Source of the DNA: Selaginella moellendorffii
Taxonomy: Eukaryota > Plantae > Lycopodiophyta
DNA length: 64,000 nt
NCBI RefSeq assembly: GCF_000143415.4
Contig: NW_003314271.1
Span: 1,656,806-1,720,805 of the forward strand
Direction of reading: 5' to 3'
Shown here: piece after piece, positions 9,200 to 19,300 of the stretch
Position numbering within the stretch: position 1 is the stretch's first letter
Layout of the letters: every line of letters starts with the position of its first letter
Translations under genes and position numbers: made by a program
Notes under the pieces: model-generated
Databases searched by the model: none
What the model saw: only the letters and a program-made list of their open reading frames with translations
What the model was told of the DNA's origin: nothing

Positions 9200-12100
9200 A
9201 AGGCAACAAAATGGAGAGTTTCCTTTTGCATTACCAAGATCACCCACTGCTTTCTTTCTCCCAAAGTCTTATTTCAAAAAGTTTTCTTTGCCGACGTTTT
9301 GATCTTTCTCTCGGTTCTATTTCATTGGAGGTTGTGTGTAGCGCATGTGGTTTTGACCCTTTATCCTATGGTGATTTGCCATAGGATAACCATGAAGCGG
9401 AACCTAAACCCTCTTTGTGCCACGTGACAGATGCCATGTGTCACATGCCACGTGCCCCAAGGACAGTGGTGTGGAACCCGAGTTTTAGGGCCTTGGGCCA
9501 TTGAACGAAAGAACGGAGCCAAACTCCCAAGCTCGAAACTAAGGAGTGATAGAACCGAACCATGGAGCAACTTCTAGGCATATAGCCTAAGGAGTGAAGG
9601 GACAGGAGCCCGGAGCAACTTGGAATAGTCCTAGAGCAACCAGCATCCCAATGCCAGGACCAGCATACAAAACGGAGCCAAATGGAGTCTAGTGCTATTT
9701 CGGCATACCAGTGGCCTAATGTGAGGACATAGGTACTCTATCAGCTAGCATGAAATGGAACTTGGGCTTAGACCCAAGCCAGACGTAGAACAAAGACAGG
9801 CACATAAGCAGGAGCTAGACTATGCCTCAAGTTGGTAGGCCATGTCCGACCTACCCACTATCCCTACTATACATTTGGAACCCCCCATACATGCTTTGGG
9901 CTTTCACCCCAAGCCTCCTTTAGTATCAAGAGTTAGTCTCTGGGATAAGCTTGAAACTTACTAAATATGGAATGGTGCTAGAATGCAAATTTGGACACGG
10001 GACGAACACCATTGTGTTCAGGTTTATCTCTACATTCCGTAAATATGCCAAATGAGCAAATCTAGACACTTTCCATAATTAGCATTTAGGACCAAATTGA
10101 GACTAACACAAAGGGCATGATAGTGAGGGTGTTTAGCAGACACAGTAAACTATCATGTAGCGATATTGAGGGACTAATCTCAATATACAAGGGTTCTTGT
10201 CAAGCCAGTGCAAGATAGAGCAAAAGAAAACTAAAAAGCCAAGCCAAGTATGCTTGGCTAAATAGACACTTAAGAATTCCGTCCTTATGCTCATTCGGCC
10301 AAGTACAGATGCAAAGCCCAGTTTACTAACACTTGAACAAGAGGGGCTGATAAAAGGTCTAGCAATACCGACCTCCTGCCATCGTGGCAGTAAGGAAAGA
10401 GTGTCCATAAGGACTGGCTGACAAGTAACTTTCGATACCCGAAGTTACATTCGTGACATTGTGATTCGCAACAACATTGGTGTAGTTGAACGATCGGAGT
10501 TTCTTCTTTCGGATGTAGGTGAACGTGGACAACATTGGGATTTGCAACATTCTAAGTTGAAGGAGATTCGAGTTTTTGGATCTCCAATCAAAGTGCAAGG
10601 CTGCGATCCTGCCAAAGTGAATGTGAAGCAAGAGTCGGTCGTCATCATTTCTTCCTCTTCTAGTTCTAGTGGAGATTTTAGTCAAGTGCAAGCCAAGAAT
10701 TTCCAAACTCCAACTTCACCGATATTCAAAGTTATTTGCAATGCTTTCCAGTTTTCCCGCCTCTCTATCGACATGCGTTCCTTTTTGCATAGGCCCGTTA
10801 GCGAGCTCCCATCTACATACAATGGCAATATCTTTTTTGAACTACCACCTTTTGTCAGCTCAAAACGAAAGGGGATGGAAATGAAGCAGGACGTCCACAA
10901 CTGGTGCAAGATCAAGACCACACATTTCCAGCATTTCGAAGGCATAGTGTCCATGGTTCATTATGGTGGGTATTTGGATTGTGTGAATAAAGCATGCAAT
11001 CGAGAGCACGGTAAAAACTCCACATTTTTTGAAGGATCTACAACCAATCCTCCCATCTATGACACCATTGGTGTTGGATTCAAGTGTTGGTTTTGCAAGA
11101 ATGCTCCATTGTGTCGTGCCATCTACAGGGCCAAGATGTACTATTTTCTTCCACAGGATGGAGAGGCTGGTAGAGTTATAGTACATATTGGCACACACAC
11201 ATCCAATGCAAGAAGGGATACAAAAGAGTTTAGTCAACCATTTCAAAGATGCAGTGCAGATAGAGACTGTGAGAAACTCATCTGCAACTCTGAAGCATGT
11301 TCAAAAGACAGTGCTCAAGGATTTTATGATAGGCACTTTACTTGATCCGGACTACAAGAATACTCAATTGGATAAGACTAGCTTGCGGGAGTTACTACAA
11401 CATATGCAACCTGCAACTAGCCTTAGAAGGTATGAAAATATTATTACATACTTTTCAATAATATCTCTCTTACATTTTGTTTTATTTAGGATAAAGTCTT
11501 GGATGTGTGAATCTCGAGAGGGGAAATTCTAATAAAAAATTGACTCAATCCTTGAACTAAAATAGACTTGTCCCTACGAGTTTTTCCATGGGAGTTTATT
11601 TCCAGATCAAGTTGTTAGTGAGCAGAGCACCCCTTCTTTTTCAAAATGTCTACCATGGGCCCCACCTTTGGTGTGGATCTTGTTTCCCGAATGGATATCC
11701 TGGGTCGAATGACCTTGCTAATGCATAATGTATGGGTACATTTTGACCATATGGAGCGGGTGGCAGGTTGGACAACTATGGGAGCTCATGTGTATGACCC
11801 GAGGTAGTTTTTTTTCTCATTATCTTAAAATGGTTTTAAGCATTACCCTTTTCACAGACTACGTTGTAATTTGACAATTGCAACAGCAAAGTTTAAAGTA
11901 CAAAACCAGATGGCTCAAGAAATATTTTGGAAGTCCCTCTCCGACATTGTATTGAAGCGAACTGGTAAGCCTGCCAACTTTTGCGGTTTCATGGCAAATG
12001 GGGCTGGGGCTAATTGGAATGGTGTCTGAGCAGTCTTTGGGAATGGTCAACCCTTAGAAGGTCGTGAGAGGACTTGTGAGTTCCATTGGGCTCAAAGCCT

Positions 12101-13666
12101 AAACCAACACTGCCACCTTATCAAGCTAGATTTCCAATTAGCATTTAAGGAGTTGTGCAAACAATGGCAGGTTGCACCTTCTGAAGAAGAGCATGAGGCA
12201 AAAACAAATGAGATCCGAATGTGGTGGCATGAAGATGGCCATACTAACGTAAGTTGTTTACCACAACTTGAGTTGTGGTTGGGGTGGTGGGAAGTCAGAA
12301 TGTTCCAATGGGGACATCACTCTTTTTAGGTTGATTATTCTTTTTTCTACTCTTTTTATTGCTTTTTGATATCATCTTTTTATAAGGATCAACCACTTGA
12401 GGATCTTGCATACACCCCAACTATGAATCTCTCAAAGAGTAAACATTGGAGCTAGCATTCCTTTGAGGCAGGGAAAGGGAAGATGAGTTTATATGAAGCA
12501 TGTCTATTAGATTTGATATACGCTGTAGAGCAGTCTTTAAAAGCCTTGGCATTTGAGGAAGGAAGATACATGGGAATAGGACCTTTGGTTGAGATGTTAC
12601 ACGATCGGATGAAGAAGAAAGTGACTCCACCAGCACAAACAATGGCAACTACAGTGGAGGAAGTGGTCCGTGGCACATCTATGGAGTACACTCCTTAGGC
12701 TTCTATTGGTGATATGAAGACCGTCCGCTCAAAGCGTCGCTTTTCCTTTGCTGGTGAAGATGTTGGCACGGATCTTGGAGCAAAAAGCTTTCACAGGCCT
12801 GATGTTGAGTATCATTCTACTCCAAGACATCGCCCCCGAACCGAGCCACCTCAAGTGGCTGATGAAGAAAGTGCATCACAGCAAGTTGAAATTGCTTATC
12901 GTAGCATGGAGCCGAAGCAATGGGCAATCTATCGAGTGCCAGAAAAATCAAATGTAAGGTGTGTGGGGATGCTTCTGAGGGGCAAGTGTTGGGCTTGGAT
13001 CCGTGGTGACAAGTTTGCTTCTGTTCCAGCCCCATGTTTCTATGGGGAACAAAAGCAAGCAGGATTTTCAAGATGGTGTTGGTTATATTGCTACAACACT
13101 GATGTCAACCATACAAAGTAGCTTGAAGACACACTATAGTGACTAAACCTGATGCTATACCTAAAGAATGGCCAGTTGCTAATGGGGTTGCGCTCACCTT
13201 AGATGAGATTGAAAACCTTGAGAATTTTGGTTTCAATCTTGAAAGGAGAGTTGGAGACATAAGTGATAAAACCAAGACTGTTCCTATAGAGATGCATAGG
13301 AGGCCAGTGAGAAAAGGTAAGGCAGTTAAATTTATTGGTACCGTCTCCAAGCAAAAGCAAGGTAAAATAAACTTGGCTCAAACACTTAAGTGTGAGATTC
13401 ACTCCACGAAGTACATCATTGCGCTTGCAAAGGAGTACACAGTCAAAACAGAAGGTGAAGAGTACAAAATTGCCATTCAAGACTTTCCTTCTTGCACATG
13501 TCCAAACTTTACGAAGTGCGAGGAACATAGAAAGGCATATGCTCCTTGCAAGCATATGCATTACATCTTCATCAACATCTTGCACCAAGATCCTAAAGTG
13601 AATATTCATATACACCAAACAAGCCTTACTATTGCCGAGTTGCAGAAAACTTTTGGAGCTAATTAG
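9200..13666 (+). pseudogene. MULE-family DDE transposase with WRKY/GCM1-like Zn-finger and C-terminal SWIM, interrupted by a solo LTR
   Basis: GCM-like region: WCKIKTT..GYLDCVNKAC..CWFCK..RVIVHIGTHTHP. DDE core: WVHFDH (D at 11745), FMANGAGANW (D>N at 11997), ERTCEFHW (CxxH), TMNLSKSKH (E>K at 12435). SWIM: SCTCPNF..PCKHMHYI at about 13490-13560. Multiple stops, frameshifts and short introns. The 5' end is uncertain. Confidence 0.8.
9337..10458. mobile_element. Solo LTR (1122 bp) with perfect 5-bp TSD TTGTG
   Basis: Begins TGTAGC and ends GTGACA; TTGTG occurs at 9332-9336 and 10459-10463. Removing it restores the transposase frame ..CRRFDLSLGSISLEVV-IRNNIG... A homologous copy lies at about 17710-18156. 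Confidence 0.85.
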
Positions 13667-14243
13667 ATTTTCCAGCACTATCAATGTTTATTCTCTATCA
13701 ATAATATAAACTAATTATACCTTATATAAATAATAAAAATATTTTATTATTTCACTTTTCATTTCATATACTTGCGAGGGTTCTTTTCGCAATACTACCA
13801 ATAGTATTTGTCAGTTTCAATTTTTGTCTTTACCATCTCAAAAAATATTTCATGGTAGCCTTTCGAGTGTGTGATATTGCAATGTATTGTGAGAGCATAC
13901 GTACCATCATAGTTGTTTTTTTTTCCTTTTAAATGGTTATATGACCTTATATAGAATCTTAATTCAAATTTAATAATTTTAAAATTCTGACGAACCTGAC
14001 ATTTACTAGCTAGAAAGCACAAATTTAAAGAAGTGACAAGAATACTCTTTTTGCAAACATTTTATTTTATGTTCTAACAAAAGTCTCTATTATTGCATGT
14101 AGTAAATATTTAAATTATTAGAATAAGAAGTGTCCTTTAGAACATTTTTATCTATATAATATATAAAGAGTTATGAAATTATTAAGTTCGCCATAACTTT
14201 AAAATTTTAAAGTTTATAATATTTGTACTAAATTACAATTGAA

Positions 14244-14271
14244 AATTGAGCTCAACTCGTGAACTCAACTC
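14244..14271 (-). repeat. Right inverted-repeat core (candidate TIR/subterminal repeat)
   Basis: aattgagctcaactcgtgaactcaactc is the reverse complement of 1060-1086. An extra gctcgtgagc unit follows. Confidence 0.65.
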
Positions 14272-15381
14272 TTCAGCTCGTGAGCTTAAATAAAGTCCAC
14301 GCTCAGTGATTTAAGTAAAGGACTTGAAAGATCTCAAAATTGATGACATAAAGATGTTTAAAATCATAGGAGTGCTCAAAAGAGAGGAGAAGGGAGTGAA
14401 TGAGGAACAACTCTTATTAAAGAGGGATTGACAAAAATTAAAATAAGCGACAAGAAAATGGGTTAAATTTTCCAAAATATAGACAATAAGGAAATGATAG
14501 ATCTTTTATTAGATTTATAGGAGGAGCAGTTAGAAGAAATGGAAAGGGATATTTCTTTCCAACTTGAGTAAGATTTTTAAGTTGAAGAAGAGAAGCAAAA
14601 AAAAGAAATAATAATGTTATGGATGACTAAATTTAAGAAATTTAAAAATTTCAACTTTTATTAATTCAATCAAAATTAATTAGCACAATATTTTTACTTT
14701 TGCTAGATAAAACATAACTAAAGTTTTTGAAAAAATCATGTTTCTATAAAAAATAACAAGTAAACATGAATAAGAGTAGATAAAATAAAAGAGTTAAGAG
14801 GATATCCAAAAAAATGAATAAAATTTATTTAAATTCTAATCAATAATACAAATAAAATTATAAAGTTGACAATCTACTACATAATAAAATGTATACAAAT
14901 TTTTCATTCTCCTTTCCATCTCTAAAATTTTCTAAACCAAATACACTACTTTAAAATTCCCTCTCTCCCCTAGCAAAACTTGGTTATTAAGAGATTTGGT
15001 TTTGATTTAAGAAAAACAATAAATAATAAAAACTCATGAAATATTTTGAAGTATTTATAATTTATGACTAAGGTGTTACTTAATAAGTAATCACTCTCGA
15101 TGATAACTACAAATAATGCCATTGTTATAGATCTTTTGAGCTTTGTGTGATAATCTTTTTTATATATTTACAAAAATTCCTAGTAAGTTTATTTTACATC
15201 AATGTATAACAACTAATAAAAATGATTCTTAAAAGAATTCTATAAACACTAAGAGACACTTTTAGTTGATTTATTTTAATATTAAGTAGCAAAATAAAAA
15301 AGTTAACTAGAAAACAAAATGAAATGAAAATGCTTATGTAACTTATTCATAATCCAAACATTTTAAAATTTGAAAGTGTAA

Positions 15382-15942
15382 TGTAAACTTTTGAATTTAA
15401 ACTTTTTTAGAAAGTTACTCTGTCCAGTATTATTTAAACCCAAGAACACTTAACCGTAAGTATCATAAGCCATTAAATGATTGGAAAATAAAGTGGAGTT
15501 TTATTCATAAGTTCTTTCCCTATATTTAAGTCTTTATGGATTATCTTTTAAGTTGTTTATAATTCAACACACTTCATTGCAAGTTTATATCTTTATAAAT
15601 AGAAATTAAAGGCCATAGCTCTTCTGAGAGCCTCGCTCTTTTGATACCTTACCCCTCAAACAAATTATACCTATTAAATGTCAATTTTAGTATATGCTAT
15701 GATTTGCTTAGCCAACCAATAAAGTTAGATTTAAAACTGCTCTGATACTAAATATAAACTTTTGAATTTGAACTTTTTGAGAGGTATAATATTACTTAAA
15801 TCCAAGGACATTTAACCATAAGTATCCCAAAACCTTTTTTTTTATTGAAAAATAGGGTGCACTATTATTCATAGGCCCTTTCTCTTTATATTTGAACCTT
15901 TATAAATAATCTTTTGAATTGTTCTCTTTGGTTACTTACACA
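15382..15942 (-). mobile_element. Cassandra-like TRIM (two ~190 bp LTRs with decayed 5S-derived core, tRNA-Met PBS)
   Basis: Direct repeats at 15382-~15569 and 15753-~15942. gctctgatacta (15739-15750) is the reverse complement of a near-canonical Met PBS. Flanks are tgtaa/tttaa (4/5 TSD). Homologous to the better-preserved copy at 18420-18680. Confidence 0.7.
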
Positions 15943-17709
15943 TTTAAATTCTAGCTCACTTTACATATGAATTTTAATTAATAATTAAATAAATAATCTT
16001 CAATCCACTTAAAGTTTTCACTATATATCCTTTTAATAACCCCATATAAAAGAACAACTACCATGATGAGAATTTTTATAGAAGGAAAATAAAAATGAGG
16101 CTCACAAGAATGTTCTATTAGTTTTTAAACTAAAAAGCAATATAATCAGTCTAGGTGTTTATGAAAACCTTGTGGAATTTCCACCTCAATCTTGAATAAG
16201 AAATGGAAAAAAAAACCATAACTAGAAGAAGCTTATGAATGGTGTGTATGTTGAGATTAAAATACATCTTATTTTTAAGCTCATATTAAATGCCTTGATA
16301 AATAAATTTAATGCACAAAGTAATCATAACTATTGCATACTTTCTAACAAATACTTCCATATCAATGATTTAAGACAAACAAGAATTTATTAGTCCTTTT
16401 TTGTTCTTGTTTTTTCTATTTGCTAGTCTTTTTGCCCCACTAAAACACATTTATACCCAATACAAATATGTCAAAAGCTTTGAAAAAATATCTCCCATCT
16501 TGTACAATTTACAATAGCCTCTCAACATTTTCATTGAGATTATAGATATATTAAAACAACTTTAACATAATAGGGGGGGTTAGATGATAAAAAGCTAGTA
16601 ATCTATCATATTTGTAAAAGGAAACAAGACAACTTACTTTTGTCTCGGGCTATAATAGTGCCATGCAAGTGGCTTTAACACCCTAGCTATTATGTAACGT
16701 GAGTTCCACACCACTCTTCTATTGAGTAAAAGAGTTTATAGAAAAAAAAAAAGCATATATAAAACAAACATCACAATAAAAAAAAGCTTAGCTATAATTA
16801 ACTATGGCATATCTCTAAATGTTACAATACCACAACACAACCATTCTAGCCCCATAGCTAGAGGATTGGTATAACCCTTGCCATATTGCCCCTCGCACTA
16901 GCTAATACCATGATCGAGCCATGCCATAGCACCATGAGCACTTAGCTACATTAAAGTAATCTATTAAATGGTTATGCTATCATAACATAAGTAGTGCCAT
17001 GGTGCCATAGCCAAAGAACTAGCCATAGTAAGTGTTTGAGCAAACCATACCCTAACTAATGATAAAAGTGTTAAATTTATATAATTTGAAACCAAATTTT
17101 TATATATTTAAACAAAAGACTAATAATAGTGTGTAATTTGGATGAACCCTAATTTAGTGCTAACTTGGCAAGTGAGCATGAGGTAGAGGATAAATGCTAA
17201 GTGTGGAGTGTTTGTGTTACTTTCTTAAGCTTTTGGGTGAAAATCACTTTGGTTTTTCTTATTTTTGGTACATATGTCCATGAATGAGAATTGGTTTCTA
17301 TTGTGGTAGAAATGAGGGGCAGTCATCATGTTAAATGCTCTCACGAATAATATGTGGCTATCTTTCATTTATAGAGTTTAACAATTGCTAAATTGAGTAA
17401 CATGAGTGGTTGCTAATTTGACCAATTTAAATAAAGTTTTGACAAGGGGTATCAAGGTTTTATATGGCATATGAAACTTTCAATAAGATTGCAAAGAGCA
17501 TTGCTAAAAAGTAATGCAATAAATCAAAGTAAAAGCTTGATTTTTGAGATATATTAAGTGAGTTGGACAAGAGAGCTACTTAAATACCCTATTGTGGCTA
17601 ATGTTATAGCACTTTCTTCTTAGAAAATGGTAAGTATCGAGGCAAATGTTATTCATGTGTAAAGAATAAAGGAGAGAAACTCCTAAAGTTGTGTTCAATG
17701 AGAAAATTT

Positions 17710-18156
17710 AAATTTGGACACGGGATAAACACCATTATATTCAGTACAATCTCTATATTCCGTAAATATGCCAAATGAGCAAATCTATTTGGGGCCGAAA
17801 CGAGACTAACATAAAAGACATGATAGCGAGGGTGTTTAGCAGACACAATAAGCTATCATTTAACGAGTATTGAGGGATTAATCTCAATATTGCAGGGGTT
17901 CCCAACACTAACAAGTGTAAGCCAACAATATGAGTTTCTCATCACTGTGTTAAATATGTTTGACTTAATGACAACTTAAGATTTCCTTCCTTAGTGCCCT
18001 TTCGGTCTAAGTGCATATGTGTTGACCAGTTTTTCAACTAACTTAGGTGGAGACCATAAAGGAAACTAGCATCCTGCCATGGTGGCAGTAAATAGAGAGT
18101 GTCCGTAGGGATTGGCCGACAAATATCTTTCGATACCCAAAATCATATTCATGATA
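17710..18156. mobile_element. Partial LTR of the same family as the solo LTR at 9337-10458
   Basis: Colinear with about 9988-10458 (aaatttggacacggga...ccgtaaatatgccaaatgagcaaatcta...ctttcgataccc). The end tcatgata corresponds to tcgtgaca. Confidence 0.8.
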
Positions 18157-18419
18157 TAGTGGCTTTGAAATTTATAAGCTATGATAGCTCTAAGTTGCAA
18201 TATATAAAATTGCAGAGGTTATTTTTGCTTTTAGTGGCTAGGAATCTTGGTGAGATAAAAAAGTTGTAAGAAACTAAAATGAAGTTATAAGCTCTAGAAA
18301 GAGGGTTGGAAAGGTTAATTGTGAAATAAAGTCATTTATGCTAAGTGGACATGTATTCGAGAAATGTTTGAGAGGATGTATTTGTAATCTCTTGAGTATG
18401 AATAAATATCAATCTTAAC

Positions 18420-18680
18420 ATATGGTGTGATTCCCTTAGTCAACCAACAAAGTCAAACTCAAGACTCTTCTGATACCAAATGTAAGCTCACGAGTTTGAA
18501 CTTCCCAAGAGGTCACCCAACCCAATACTATTCAAACCCAAAGATGATTAACCCTAAGCATCCTAAGACCCTTAATCGATTAAAAAAGATATGCACTTTT
18601 ATTCATAAGCACTTTCTCTTTATATTTGAACCTCTATGTATCGTCTCTCAAGTCATTCTTTTTTATTGTTTATAACTATG
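18420..18680 (-). mobile_element. Cassandra-like TRIM fragment: PBS plus one LTR with 5S rRNA-derived segment
   Basis: ctgatacca-aa-TGT junction at 18470-18483. 18498-18553 (gaacttcccaagaggtcacccaacccaatactattcaaacccaaagatgattaacc) aligns to the reverse complement of the plant 5S rRNA A-box/IE/C-box region. Confidence 0.8.
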
Positions 18681-18920
18681 TTATAGCTTAGTTTTATGCA
18701 CTAGGGAGGAGAGAGAACAATAAAACTCCTTTCATAAATGCAAGAGTTGTGAGGGGGATATTTACTAAATGTATAACATTTGTGGTTATTTTTGTGGTTG
18801 TAACAAACGAGAAAAAAAAATTTAATAGCAATAGTAAAGAGAGCAAAACTTTTCTTAAAGAGAAATCACTAGAAAGAGGACTAATGCTCCACTTCAAAAT
18901 TAAGAAAATCAGTTACTTTT

Positions 18921-19300
18921 AAATATGGGAGTATAGAAGATGTGAGAGGACTTTTTGACAAAATAGCTTTCCATAACAATGTGATTTGGATGTCCATGAT
19001 CTTGAGCTCATCTTGGAAAGTAGATAAATAACATTAAGTTTTTAGTCACTTGGTGATATCTCAATAGATATTTAGGGATTTTTAATTCTTTATGACTAGA
19101 CTTATAACATATGTTAATTTAGTGGATGTAAGAAAGACTAAGTGCCTAAAAATAGTAGCTTTCATTCACTCTCAAATTAAGGAAGAGCAAATGCAACTTA
19201 AATATGTTTGTGGTTAACAATGCTAACTATAGTAACATTAGAAACACTTTAAGGGGTTTTCTTTATTTGATGCCTTGAAAGGGTGTGGTTTCATAAATAT
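18921..19300 (+). pseudogene. Highly decayed PLS-PPR relic
   Basis: KYGSIEDVRGLFDKIAFHNNVIWMSMI resembles KCGSLEDARRVFDKM..DVVSWNAMI; stops follow. Confidence 0.5.

Larger units (their letters stand above)
1060..14271. mobile_element. Decayed ~13 kb Mutator-like (MULE) DNA transposon carrying DNA methyltransferase, ParB-like and Zn-finger cargo genes
   Basis: Inverted repeat cores at 1060-1086 and 14244-14271 flank a MULE-type transposase and four other decayed genes with the same mutation pattern. Exact termini and TSD could not be resolved. Confidence 0.6.

Noticed and set aside
18485-18496. agctcacgagtt at the TRIM LTR edge matches the transposon inverted-repeat core
   Set aside because: The match is only about 12 bp with unrelated flanks and was treated as coincidence.
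18498-18553. 5S rRNA gene
   Set aside because: It is only a diverged internal segment embedded in an LTR next to a PBS, so it is retroelement-borne rather than a full 5S gene.
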